A stretch of 64,000 nt of DNA from Candidatus Dormibacter sp. (GTDB lineage: Bacteria > Chloroflexota > Dormibacteria > CF-121), in NCBI GenBank assembly GCA_039922495.1, contig JBDTEO010000011.1, forward strand, positions 76,439-140,438, read 5' to 3'. Shown piece after piece: positions 36,601-47,842 of the stretch (its first letter is position 1; every line of letters starts with the position of its first letter). The notes under the pieces are model-generated. The model did not search any database and was not told where the DNA came from. It saw only the letters and a list, made by a program, of their open reading frames with translations. The position numbers and the translations under genes are program-made.

Positions 36601-37402
36601 GAGTGGCAACGGCCTGCTTTACCTCCACCTCGGGCACCGGCGCCCGTTTGACCACGGCCTTCGCCAGCGCCCGATAGGCGTTGGCGCCCTCCGAGCTGCC
36701 GGCGTACTGGAGGATCGACATGCCGGCGAGCGGCGTCTCGGCGAACCGGATGCTGTCCTTGATCACGACGTCGAAGACGACATCGCCATACCGCTCGCGC
36801 ACCAGTTCGAGAACTTCCTGCGAGTGCAGAGTGCGGGATTTGTGGATCGTCGCGAGGATGCCGCTGATCTTCAGCCTGGGGTTGAGCTTGGCGCGCACGC
36901 GGTCGATGGTGTTCTGGAGCAGCTGCATGCCCTTCATGCCGAAATACTCGCACTGGAGCGGGATGATGACCTCATCCGCCGCCACCAGCGCGTTGACGCA
37001 GAGCAGTCCTAACGAGGGTGGGCAGTCGATAACCATGAAGTCGTACTGATCCTGGCCGGGGGCGAGCTTCTCTTTGAGGAAGCTCTCGCGGCCCATCTCC
37101 TGAACCAGCTGGATCTCGGCGCCGGATAGCTCGATGTTGGCCGGGATGAAGTCAACACCCAGGTTGCTGTGCTTGACGACGTGTCCGAGGGTGACCTGCG
37201 GATCGAGCAACAGGTGGTAGAGGGTGAGCTCGATCTGATCGGGCTGTTTGAAGCCCATATTGATGGTCAGATGACCCTGGGGATCGAGGTCGATACAGAG
37301 AACGCGCTTCCCGAGCTCGGCGAGGGCGCATCCCAGATTCACCGCGGTCGTCGTCTTACCAACCCCGCCTTTCTGGTTGGCTACTGCGATGACTCTGCTC
37401 AA
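36593..37402 (-). CDS. parA: ParA/Soj-family ATPase (orphan)
   Basis: ANQKGGVGKTTT, DLDPQG, IDCPPSLG, PLQCEY; probable TTG start at 37402. Confidence 0.92.
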   Translation of the reverse strand: MSRVIAVANQKGGVGKTTTAVNLGCALAELGKRVLCIDLDPQGHLTINMGFKQPDQIELTLYHLLLDPQVTLGHVVKHSNLGVDFIPANIELSGAEIQLVQEMGRESFLKEKLAPGQDQYDFMVIDCPPSLGLLCVNALVAADEVIIPLQCEYFGMKGMQLLQNTIDRVRAKLNPRLKISGILATIHKSRTLHSQEVLELVRERYGDVVFDVVIKDSIRFAETPLAGMSILQYAGSSEGANAYRALAKAVVKRAPVPEVEVKQAVATRV

Positions 37403-37522
37403 ACGGGGGCTAGGCTCCTGTTGTGTACCGTGGTTGCGGCTATTTAACGTCAATACGGGACATGGCGTCAAGCCTCAGCTTGCTTCGACCAGCGCGACGG
37501 GTACGGATAAACTGATCGTGGC

Positions 37523-38236
37523 GTGATTTTTTACCCTCTCGCGGCGACCGTGATCAGCGCCGCGTTCGCGGCCACCCTGTGGGTCCAGTACCGGAGGAAG
37601 CCCCGACCCTACCTCGCCGCCTGGTCGGTGGCACTCGCCCTCTACGCCGTCGCGGCCTTCACCGAGGTCCTGGGGGCGGCCGAGGGTTGGAATCCGGAGC
37701 TCTACCGCGCCTACTACTACTTTGGCGGCATCACCGTCGTTGGCGTCCTGGCGCTCGGGACGATCTTCCTGCTCGCGCCACGGTATGGCCGGCCCGCTCT
37801 CCTGGTGGTCGTCATCCTTGCCGGGATCGGGCTTGCCGGAATTCTTGGCGCCGGCCTGCAGGCCGGCCTACTGCAGACGCACGAGGTGCCACCGGTCGAT
37901 ACCATCCGCCTCGAACACGGGCTGTTCAACGCGGTGGCCCTGCTGACCGCCGCCCTGCTCAACATCGTGGGTAGTCTCGTCCTGATCGGCGGCGCCGCGT
38001 GGTCGGCCTATGGCGCCTGGCGACGGGGAGGGGCGGGATCGCGGCTGGTCGCGAACCTCCTGATCGCGGGCGGCGCCTTCATCGTCGCCGGGGCCTCCAC
38101 CCTGACCCGCTTCCATGTCTACGAGCTGTTCTACGTGGGCCAGGCGTTCGGCGTGCTGGTGATGTTCGGTGGCTTCCTGGCGGCGCAACGAGCCCCTCGG
38201 CGCGTCAGCACGCTCAAGGCGGTTCCCTCCCGCTGA
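37523..38236 (+). CDS. Multi-TM membrane protein of unknown function
   Basis: About 7 hydrophobic helices; typical codon bias. Confidence 0.75.
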   Translation: MIFYPLAATVISAAFAATLWVQYRRKPRPYLAAWSVALALYAVAAFTEVLGAAEGWNPELYRAYYYFGGITVVGVLALGTIFLLAPRYGRPALLVVVILAGIGLAGILGAGLQAGLLQTHEVPPVDTIRLEHGLFNAVALLTAALLNIVGSLVLIGGAAWSAYGAWRRGGAGSRLVANLLIAGGAFIVAGASTLTRFHVYELFYVGQAFGVLVMFGGFLAAQRAPRRVSTLKAVPSR

Positions 38237-38892
38237 ACGGCCTCGACCTCCTGCTGGTGGCCGTGGCGCTGATCGCCGTTGCCATCGGGTGGACCCAGGG
38301 GTTTCTTCGGCCTGTCTTTAGCGAGCTCGCCTTTGCCCTGGCGGTGGTCCTGATGATCATCGGCCACGGACTCTTGCTCGACGTCTTGCTTCCACATCTC
38401 GACGTGGCGCCCTATCTGGTCGTGGTGATCGTGACCATCCTGCTGGCCTTCCTGATCAACGTGCCCGCCTCGCAACTCGCCGCCCGAGTGCGCGGGACGC
38501 ACCGTGGCGCCGCCGACCGGGTTCTCGGCGTCGGGCTGCAGCTGCTCTGCGCCCTGGTCGTCGTCTCCGTGGTCCTGATCACCTCGCAGCACACCGAGCA
38601 GGCCGTCCGCCCCCTGCTGGCCCGCGGGCCGGGGCGCGCCATCACGCCGGCCCAGATCGACGCCTTTGCCGCGGGCGTTCGTCGCGATGCCGTTCTGCGT
38701 GTTCTAGCCTCGCCTGGGGACCTGGCGGCCGACCGCGCCTACGCCGGCACCGGCCAGCTTTCCCTCCAGTTGCTTGAGCAGCAACACCCTTGGCTGCGCG
38801 CCTACCTAGGCGTTCGGCCCTCGATCCTAACGTCCCGGCTCGCGCCCCTGGTGATCCGCTACGGCGGCCGCCTCCCCGGGCTTGCCGGCTAA
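38233..38892 (+). CDS. CvpA-family membrane protein
   Basis: NGLDLLLV...GWTQGF...DRVLG, SRLAP; apparent CTG start in a CTGA overlap. Confidence 0.75.
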   Translation: MNGLDLLLVAVALIAVAIGWTQGFLRPVFSELAFALAVVLMIIGHGLLLDVLLPHLDVAPYLVVVIVTILLAFLINVPASQLAARVRGTHRGAADRVLGVGLQLLCALVVVSVVLITSQHTEQAVRPLLARGPGRAITPAQIDAFAAGVRRDAVLRVLASPGDLAADRAYAGTGQLSLQLLEQQHPWLRAYLGVRPSILTSRLAPLVIRYGGRLPGLAG

Positions 38893-39036
38893 GCTGGGCC
38901 AACCCGCGTACTATTAACCCGGCCATGAGTCATGCAGGAATCACCTGCTCCTGGTGGGCCTCTACGGATGGGCAGCCTCCTCCTGTCGTCGACCTGTTCC
39001 ATCAGCCAGGCAACGATGCCGGATCAAGGAGGCCAT

Positions 39037-40349
<1,313 letters not shown>

Positions 40350-40353
<4 letters not shown>

Positions 40354-41867
40354 GTCAGACGATGACGAGCGAGCGCGGACAGCGAACCGACGCGAAGACC
40401 TACAAGAACTACATCGGTGGCCGATGGGTGGAGTCGAAGAGTGGACGGACGTTCACCTCCTCCAACCCGGCCCACAAAGACCAGGTCCTCGGTGTCATGC
40501 AGGCTTCGAACCTCGACGATGTCAACGCCGCCATCGACGCGGCCCACAAGGCCTTTGTGGGCTGGCGGCGCACGCCGGCGCCGGCACGCGGCGAGATCAT
40601 TCTCAAAGCCGGACTGCTGCTGGAAGAACGGAAGGAAGAGCTTGCCCGGGTGATGACGCAGGAGATGGGGAAGGTCCTCAAAGAGGCGCGCGGTGACGTG
40701 CAGGAAGCCATCGACATGGCCAAGTACGCCGCCGCCCTCGGCCGTCTGCCCCACGGCGAAACCGTCCCCTCCGAGCTGCGAAACAAGTGGGCGATGACGG
40801 TACGAGCGCCACTCGGCGTCGTCGCCTGTATCACACCCTGGAATTTTCCGATGGCGATCCCGTCATGGAAGATCCTGCCGGCCGTGATGGCCGGAAACGC
40901 GGTCGTCTTCAAGCCGGCGTCCGACACGCCGATCGTCGCGACCAAGCTGGTCGAAATTCTCGAGGAAGCGGGCCTGCCGGGCGGAGTGCTGAACCTGGTC
41001 ACCGGCAGCGGCAGCGAGGTCGGCGATCCGCTGGTCAAGGACCCGCGGGTGAACGCCATCTCCTTTACCGGCTCGACCGAGGCCGGCCGTAAGATCGCCG
41101 AGAGCGCGGGGCGAAACCTCAAGCGACTGGGCCTTGAGCTCGGTGGCAAGAACTGCATCGTCGTGCTTGACGACGCCGACGTGCCGCTTGCCGTGGACGG
41201 TGCGCTCTGGGCCGCGTTCGGCACCTCCGGTCAGCGTTGCACCGCCGCCTCGCGGCTGATCGTCGACAAGAAGGTCGAGGCGGATTTCCTCGATCTCCTC
41301 CAGGAGCGGGCCGCGAAGATGAAGGTCGGTGACGGGCTGCTGCCTGACACCGACATGGGTCCGGTCATCAACGAGGCGGCCGTCAAGAAAGTGCATGAGT
41401 ACACCGGGATCGGGAAGACCGACAAGGCCCGGCTCGTTCACGGCGGTGAGTTCGCCGGCACCGAGGGCTGGTTCTACCGGCCGACCATCTTTGCCGACGG
41501 CCGCAAGGACATGCGGATGGCGCAGGAAGAGATCTTTGGTCCGTCGACGCTGGTGATGCCGGTCAGCGGCCTCGAAGAGGCGCTGGAAGTGGCGAACTCA
41601 ACCCAGTACGGCCTCTCGATGTCGATTTACACCAATGACCTGCGGAAAGCCTTTCACGCTATGGATGAGATGCAGTCCGGGATCGTCTACGTCAACGCGC
41701 CGACGATCGGGGCGGAAATCCAGCTGCCCTTCGGCGGTGTGAAGAATACCGGCAACGGCCATCGCGAGGCCGGCACGGTGGCGCTCGACGAGTTCACCGA
41801 GTGGAAGACGATCTACGTGGATTACAGCGGCCGGCTGCAACGGGCGCAGATCGACACGGGGGAATAG
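40350..41867 (+). CDS. Aldehyde dehydrogenase
   Basis: ITPWNFP, FTGS, ELGGKN, GQRC, EEIFGP, PFGG; GTGA overlap. Confidence 0.95.
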
Positions 41868-41877
41868 TCCCGTCGCG

Positions 41878-42696
41878 ATCCAGGCGGACACGATACGGGT
41901 CATCGATGTTGGGACGCGGAGGGTCCGGTATCTCGATCAGGGATCGGGCCCTCCGCTGGTCCTCTGCCACGGTTTCATCGGGTCGCTGGAGAACTTCCAT
42001 TCCTGGGCGCCGGCGTTTGCCGATCGCCGGCGGGTGGTGATTCCGGACCTTCCGGGGTGTGGCGAAACGTCCACCGGCGAGCCGCCGCACACCGTGGCCG
42101 GCCACGCCAATTTCCTGGACGCCTTCGTGACGCGTCTCGGCCTGGAGCGCCACGAGGTTGGCGGGATCTGCCTGGGCGCCACGGTGGCCCTGGAGTATGC
42201 CTCGCGCCATGCAGATCGGATCAGCGGTCTGATTCTGCACACCCCAATTTACTCGCCGACCACGCTGCGACCGGCGTTCAAACGGCAGGTCGCGATCCTC
42301 ACCGCCGGGCCGGTCTTCTTCATGGTCGACCGGCTCCGCCGTAACCGGCTGGTCTCCGACCTGTACAAGCGCTTTCTCGTCGAGGGCCCCGGCGTCGACC
42401 CCTTCGATGCGCAGGTCAACTTTCAGAACCAGCTTCGCGCGGACGGCCGCGCCGCGCGGAGCTGGCTCCGCGACGGGATGAGCCGCGACTACCGGTCCTT
42501 CCTCAACACCTGGCGCAAGCCGGCCCTGGTGGTCGTGGCCGCCGACGACAAAACGGTCGATGTTGCCGGAATCCGATCGCTGGCCACCGCGATGCCACAG
42601 GCCGAGATCCGGGTCATCCCCGCCGCCGGCCATGGCTGGACCCCGGCGCTCATCGCCGCCCAGATTGAGGCGATCAGCGCCTTTTTGGCGCAATGA
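41878..42696 (+). CDS. Alpha/beta hydrolase with GxCxG nucleophile elbow
   Basis: RYLDQGSGPPLVLCHGF, PDLPGCG, GICLG, DD, AGH. No ATG/GTG/TTG lies above the conserved N-terminus, so the start is approximate. Confidence 0.8.
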   Translation: MQADTIRVIDVGTRRVRYLDQGSGPPLVLCHGFIGSLENFHSWAPAFADRRRVVIPDLPGCGETSTGEPPHTVAGHANFLDAFVTRLGLERHEVGGICLGATVALEYASRHADRISGLILHTPIYSPTTLRPAFKRQVAILTAGPVFFMVDRLRRNRLVSDLYKRFLVEGPGVDPFDAQVNFQNQLRADGRAARSWLRDGMSRDYRSFLNTWRKPALVVVAADDKTVDVAGIRSLATAMPQAEIRVIPAAGHGWTPALIAAQIEAISAFLAQ

Positions 42697-43604
42697 GCGA
42701 TCGGGCCTTCAACACCACCGGACTGGATCCCTGGGGCGGCCTGAAGCCGGCAGCCGGTGGGGGCCGCTCGGACTTCCGAATTCTCGGGGTGCCGATGGAG
42801 GCAGGATCGTTCTATCGCCCGGGGCAGGCCGCGGCCCCGGCGCATCTACGCCGCCTCTCCGCGATCCTGGCCCCGGTCACCGAGCGGGCGGAGCGGTTCG
42901 ACGATGTCACCGTCCAGGATGACGGCGATCTGCCGCTCGTCGACGGCGACATGGGGAAGAATGTCGATGCGGTGGCGGCGGTGATCGCGCAGACACCCGA
43001 AGGCACGCTGCCCATCGTGCTCGGCGGTGACCATACGACCGTCAGTCCGACCCTGATCGCCCAGCAGCGCCGGCACAACGGCGCGCTCAGTATCCTCTAT
43101 ATCGACGCGCATCCTGACCTCAATGACACCTCGCGACACTCCCGGTGGTCCAACGGTTGCGCATTGCGCCGCGGCCTCGAGATGGGGGAGATCGATCCGC
43201 GCAAGGTGACCCTGCTCGGCTGCCGGGACTACGACTGGGAAGAGGTCGAGTACATCAAGAAGACGGGCATCACGTTGGTGCCAAGTGCCGATGCGCATCG
43301 GCTGGGCGAGAGCGGCTTGCGAGACCGGATTCGGGCCACCATCGGCGCGGACGCCTTGCATATTTCGCTGGATATCGACTCCCTCGACCCGGCGTACGCG
43401 CCCGGGACCGGCATCCCGGCGGCGGGCGGACTCACCTCGCGCCAGTTGCTGGATTTTCTGTTTCAGCTCCGGGGCGTCAGGCTGGCCGGCCTGGACGTGG
43501 ACGAGGTGGCGCCGTCCCTGGATAGCGGGCACGTAACCAGCCTGGCGGCGCTGAAGTTCATCTTTGAATTCATGGCCATGGTCAAGGTCAAGCCGCACGC
43601 CTAG
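42693..43604 (+). CDS. Ureohydrolase (arginase/agmatinase family)
   Basis: GGDH, DAHPD, SLDIDSLDP, PGTG, DEVAP. Confidence 0.92.
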   Translation: MSDRAFNTTGLDPWGGLKPAAGGGRSDFRILGVPMEAGSFYRPGQAAAPAHLRRLSAILAPVTERAERFDDVTVQDDGDLPLVDGDMGKNVDAVAAVIAQTPEGTLPIVLGGDHTTVSPTLIAQQRRHNGALSILYIDAHPDLNDTSRHSRWSNGCALRRGLEMGEIDPRKVTLLGCRDYDWEEVEYIKKTGITLVPSADAHRLGESGLRDRIRATIGADALHISLDIDSLDPAYAPGTGIPAAGGLTSRQLLDFLFQLRGVRLAGLDVDEVAPSLDSGHVTSLAALKFIFEFMAMVKVKPHA

Positions 43605-44742
43605 CCGGGACCACGCCGAGGTCGTCATCGTTGGCGCTGGCGTTATGGGGTGCAGCCTGGCGTTCTACCTCGCCCGCGCGGGACGGCGCGTGATCGTAGT
43701 GGAGCGCGGCGCGATCGGCCAGGGGGCGACCGCGGCCTGTGCCGGCGGTGTGCGGGCCCAGTTCTCGACCGAGGTCAACATCCGGATCGGGATGCAGGCG
43801 AAGCGGGTGCTGGCCAACTTCGAGCACGAGGTGGGAGCGACGGCGGACTTCCGGCCGGTCGGGTATCTCTTCTTGCTGACGACCCCGGAGCAACGGGCCT
43901 GGTTTGCGGAAACCGCTCGGCTGCAGCGACGCATCGGACTGGAGGACGTCGTCGAGCTGACGCCCAGGCAAGCGGGAGGCCTGGTCCCGGGGCTTCGCTG
44001 GGATGACCTGAGTGGCGCCACCTTCTGCCCCAGCGACGGCCTGGCCGGACCGATGGAGGTGACCGCCGGGTATGCCGGCGGCGCGCGGCGCCACGGCGCC
44101 GTCATCCTGGAGAACGAGCCGGTCGTCGCCATGGTCAAGCGCGGCGGCCAAGTTGCGGGGGTCGAGACGGCAAGGCGGAGCATCGTCGCGCCGGAGGTCG
44201 TGATCTGCGCCGGACCGTGGGCGGCGCCGGTGGGGGCGATGGCGGGCGTTGCGCTCCCGGTGCACCCCTCCCGGCGGCATGTCTTTACCACCGAACCGTT
44301 CAGCGGGATCACCCGCCAGAGTCCGATGACGATCGATTTTCATACGTCCTTCTACTTCCATCCGGAGGGTGATGGGGTGCTCTTCGGGATGGGCAATGCC
44401 GACCGGCCGGAATCCGATCAGGCCGTCCTCGACTGGTCGGTGCTGGAACGGATCGTGCCGCAGGCGGCGCGTCGATGGCCGCCACTGGAGGACGCCCGCG
44501 TCAAGGTGGGGTGGGCAGGCTTGTACGAGAACACGCCGGACGCCCAGCCGCTGGTGGGCCCCGTGGCAGCTGGCCTCTGGGTCGCGGCGGGGTTCTCCGG
44601 TCATGGGTTCATGATGGGGCCGGTGATCGGTGACTGGCTCGCGCAGTGGATGACGGCGGGCGCCTCGCCGGTTGACCTTGGGGCTTTCAGTCCCGGCCGG
44701 TTCACGAGCGGGCGCTCGCAAGCGGAACACCATGTCGTCTAA
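43597..44742 (+). CDS. FAD-dependent amine oxidase (DAO/sarcosine oxidase beta family)
   Basis: VIVGAGVMG, AGGVRAQF, WAGLYENTPD, GFSGHGFM. Start is ACG 43597 or TTG 43564. Confidence 0.9.
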   Translation, partial: TPSRDHAEVVIVGAGVMGCSLAFYLARAGRRVIVVERGAIGQGATAACAGGVRAQFSTEVNIRIGMQAKRVLANFEHEVGATADFRPVGYLFLLTTPEQRAWFAETARLQRRIGLEDVVELTPRQAGGLVPGLRWDDLSGATFCPSDGLAGPMEVTAGYAGGARRHGAVILENEPVVAMVKRGGQVAGVETARRSIVAPEVVICAGPWAAPVGAMAGVALPVHPSRRHVFTTEPFSGITRQSPMTIDFHTSFYFHPEGDGVLFGMGNADRPESDQAVLDWSVLERIVPQAARRWPPLEDARVKVGWAGLYENTPDAQPLVGPVAAGLWVAAGFSGHGFMMGPVIGDWLAQWMTAGASPVDLGAFSPGRFTSGRSQAEHHVV

Positions 44743-45340
44743 GGTTGCGCCGGACCGCGCGAAACCCCGGTGGCGACTCTTCCTCGCCGCGTCGCTCTCC
44801 GAGGCGGTCCGCGGTGCGCTGACCCCTCCGCTCGACGCGCTGGCGAGCCTGCGCCCGAAGGTCGATCCGAGCCGCCTCGATGCGATCCATCTGACGCTGC
44901 ATTTCCTGGGTAACGTCGAGCTGGCCCGGGTCGACGACCTCAGCTGCGGTCTCCCGGAGGCCGTCGGGCGCTTCGAGCGCTTCGAGGTCATCGTCTCCGG
45001 TGTGGGCGCGTTTCCCTCGATGGTGACGCCGCGGATCATCTGGGCCGGGATCACCGGTCCAGATCGGTCGAGCCTCCTGGCGCTGCAGGCAGCGACCGCC
45101 GCGCCGCTCGCCGGTGCCGGGATTGCGCTGGACGATCGACCCTATGCCCCGCACCTGACCCTGGCGCGGGTACGCCCGGAAGCCGGTCCACGCGAGCGAC
45201 GCGAGCTGGCGTCATGGGCGGAGCGGTGGGCCGACGGCCGATTCGGCGTCCTGCGGATCGACGCCATCCAGCTGATGCGGAGCGACCTGGCAGCGCGACC
45301 GCCGCGCTACACCGCGCTCGAGAGCTTCCCCCTACAATAG
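44732..45340 (+). CDS. thpR: RNA 2',3'-cyclic phosphodiesterase
   Basis: RLFLA, HLTLHFLG, PHLTLAR (two HxT motifs). Confidence 0.9.
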   Translation: MSSKVAPDRAKPRWRLFLAASLSEAVRGALTPPLDALASLRPKVDPSRLDAIHLTLHFLGNVELARVDDLSCGLPEAVGRFERFEVIVSGVGAFPSMVTPRIIWAGITGPDRSSLLALQAATAAPLAGAGIALDDRPYAPHLTLARVRPEAGPRERRELASWAERWADGRFGVLRIDAIQLMRSDLAARPPRYTALESFPLQ

Positions 45341-45351
45341 GGTTCCGCAAT

Positions 45352-45425
45352 GCGCCCATAGCTCAGCCTGGATAGAGCACCGGGCTACGGACCCGGGCGC
45401 GGGGGTTCAAATCCTCCTGGGCGCA
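45352..45425 (+). tRNA. tRNA-Arg(ACG)
   Basis: Acceptor GCGCCCA/TGGGCGC, loop CT-ACG-GA, GGTTCAAATCC; TACAAT at 45333; CCA not encoded. Confidence 0.93.
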
Positions 45426-45464
45426 TTTCTCCCGGTCGGGATGCCGGCTTTATGATGGACCGGC

Positions 45465-46493
45465 ATGTCCCGCCCGGTGCGAACCGACCTTGTGCAGCCG
45501 GATGGGCGTCGCGTTTACCTCTACGACCAATTCACGCCGCCGCCGGCCGGCTACGACGCACCAAGCATCGGCGATGGTGCGTATGAGCGGCGCTGGAATC
45601 CACTTCGAGAGGAATGGGTCCTGGTGGCCGCCGCGCGCCAGTCGCGGACCTTCCTCCCCGAGCGGGCCGCCTGTCCGCTCGATCCCTCGACGCCGGAGCA
45701 TTCAACCGAGATTCCAGCCTCGCGGTTCGATGCGGCCGTCTTCGAGAACCGATTCCCGGCGATGCTGGGGGCCGCCGGCGGGGGCGTCTGCGAGGTGGTC
45801 GTGTACACCGATCAGCACGAGGGATCGTTCAGCAGCCTGCCGACCAGCGCGCTCGAGCGACTGATCGAGGTGTGGACGGACCGCTACCGCGCGCTGGCAC
45901 GACGCAAGGACGTCTCGTACGTGTTCATCTTCGAAAACCGCGGCGAGCAAGTCGGGGTGACGCTGCACCACCCGCACGGCCAGATCTATGGCTATCCATT
46001 CATCCCGCCCGTGGCATCCCTGGAGCTCAGGGGCCGTGGGAACGTGTGTCGACATTGCCGGTTGATCCAGGACGAGATCAACGACGGACGGCGCGTTCTC
46101 CTCGACGAACGCGGGGTTGTCGCCTACGTCCCCGCCTATGCGCGATGGCCGTACGAGGTGCACGTCACGACGGCGAAACATCGAGATTGCCTGCCGGCGC
46201 TGACGGCGACGGAACGAGGCACCCTGGTTCATACCATGCAGCGTGTCACGCAGGCGTACGACCGGCTGTTCCAGGTGCCCATGCCGTACATGATGGTGAT
46301 CCATCAGCGGCCCACCGATGGATTGAGCTACCCGCAGGCCCACCTACACGTGGAGTTCTATCCGATTCTGCGCGACAGCGGCAAGCTGAAATACCTCGCC
46401 GGCTCCGAGTCGGGCGCGGGGGTCTTCATCAACGACACGCTTGCGGAGTCCTCGGCGGCTCGCCTGCGAAGCCTGATCAAAGCGCCAGCCTAG
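45465..46493 (+). CDS. galT: Galactose-1-phosphate uridylyltransferase
   Basis: [35 protein letters not shown]. Confidence 0.93.
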   Translation: MSRPVRTDLVQPDGRRVYLYDQFTPPPAGYDAPSIGDGAYERRWNPLREEWVLVAAARQSRTFLPERAACPLDPSTPEHSTEIPASRFDAAVFENRFPAMLGAAGGGVCEVVVYTDQHEGSFSSLPTSALERLIEVWTDRYRALARRKDVSYVFIFENRGEQVGVTLHHPHGQIYGYPFIPPVASLELRGRGNVCRHCRLIQDEINDGRRVLLDERGVVAYVPAYARWPYEVHVTTAKHRDCLPALTATERGTLVHTMQRVTQAYDRLFQVPMPYMMVIHQRPTDGLSYPQAHLHVEFYPILRDSGKLKYLAGSESGAGVFINDTLAESSAARLRSLIKAPA

Positions 46494-46684
46494 CCTTCCT
46501 CGCGCAGGCCGGTCAGTATCCGCTCGAGCCGGCGTGCCAGGTCGCTCAGCTCGGCGGCCATCGCCCGCAATTCCGTTTCTGCCTGCGGCCCGAGCTCGCC
46601 GGAACGGCCCAGCAGGTTGAGGCGGTTGCCGGCGCCCATGACGGTGTTCTTCAGCCGTCGCAATTGTTCGCGCCTTTCAGTCAT
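46490..46684 (-). CDS. Small helical hypothetical protein
   Basis: ATGA overlap with psuG; 64 aa, coiled-coil-like. Confidence 0.6.
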   Translation of the reverse strand: MTERREQLRRLKNTVMGAGNRLNLLGRSGELGPQAETELRAMAAELSDLARRLERILTGLREEG

Positions 46685-47556
46685 GTGGCCGCCAGGGCAA
46701 CGGCCAGCTGCGCCGCCAGGACGGCGTTCTGTTCCAGGAGGGCGACATTGGCCTGAATCACCCGTGACCCTAGCCGCTCCTGCAAACGCTTCAACTCTGC
46801 AGGCGTCCTTAAGCCGCCGGATTCATCGCCGCTGTCGGAAACCGCCTCCAGCTCCGCGGTGGGGATGGCCACCGTTGCCGGGAGCGCCTGGCAGAGGACG
46901 ACGCCTGCCCCGGTCAGCGCCCAGTGCTCGCGCAACAGGGCCACCATATCGTCAACCGTGTCCATGCTCGCAGGAAGTCGAATGCCCGACGACTGAGCCA
47001 GGAAGCCGGCCATCTCAACCGACCGCCATCCGACCACCGCCACGCCCAGGGTCTCGAGGTACTCGAGCGTCGCCACGCGGTCGAGCGTCGACTTGGGCCC
47101 GGCGCAAACGACACAGACCGGGTGCTTGCCGAGCTCGGTGAGATCGGCCGACACGTCGTTCCCATCGCCGGGGTGGACGCCACCGATGCCGCCGGTGCTG
47201 AGCACCCGGATACCCGCCAGCGTCGCGGCAGCCACGGTCGCCGCAACCGTCGTCCCTCCGAATCCCGGACTTTTCAGGCTGGAGGCGAGATTCCAGGGCG
47301 AGACCTTCACGGCGTCTCCGTGATCCGCAAGGGCGGCGCACTCGGTCAGGCTGAGTCCAACCAGAAGCCTCCCCTCGAACACGGCGACCACGGCCGGGAC
47401 CGCGCCCGCCGTCCGGCAGGCGTCCCACTGCCGTTGCACCGAGTCGAGGGCCGCGTCCCTGGGAAGCCCGTGGGTGATCACGGCCGATTCCAGCGCGACG
47501 ACGGCCACGCCGGATCGGAGTGCGGTCTGGATCTCCGGTGCGATGGCGATGGGCAT
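46681..47556 (-). CDS. psuG: Pseudouridine-5'-phosphate glycosidase
   Basis: VVALESAVITHG, TTVAAT, TGGIGGVH, DVSADL, GPKS.LD, LEYLET.GV. Confidence 0.92.
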   Translation of the reverse strand: MPIAIAPEIQTALRSGVAVVALESAVITHGLPRDAALDSVQRQWDACRTAGAVPAVVAVFEGRLLVGLSLTECAALADHGDAVKVSPWNLASSLKSPGFGGTTVAATVAAATLAGIRVLSTGGIGGVHPGDGNDVSADLTELGKHPVCVVCAGPKSTLDRVATLEYLETLGVAVVGWRSVEMAGFLAQSSGIRLPASMDTVDDMVALLREHWALTGAGVVLCQALPATVAIPTAELEAVSDSGDESGGLRTPAELKRLQERLGSRVIQANVALLEQNAVLAAQLAVALAAT

Positions 47557-47576
47557 CGCTATATTCTGTCTCGCCT

Positions 47577-47658
47577 GCGGGCGTAGCCGAATTGGTACAG
47601 GCGCACGGCTTAGGACCGTGTGGCGCAAGCCATAAGGGTTCGAGTCCCTTCGCCCGCA
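47577..47658 (+). tRNA. tRNA-Leu(TAG)
   Basis: Acceptor GCGGGCG/CGCCCGC, loop CT-TAG-GA, long variable arm, GGTTCGAGTCC. Confidence 0.93.
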
Positions 47659-47842
47659 ATCCTTGCGTCAGTCCTCGCTGGCGACAGGGCGGCGCCGGCC
47701 GTCTGCGCGCCGTCCACGGCGTATCGCGCAACGTGGCCCGGCGCTCGACGGGGCCGCCGCCCTGCCGCGAGTGCGCCCACCGGGGTTTCTTCAGCCGTTT
47801 GGCCGTGTCCGTATTTGCCTTGAACTGGTAGGTTATTGACCC

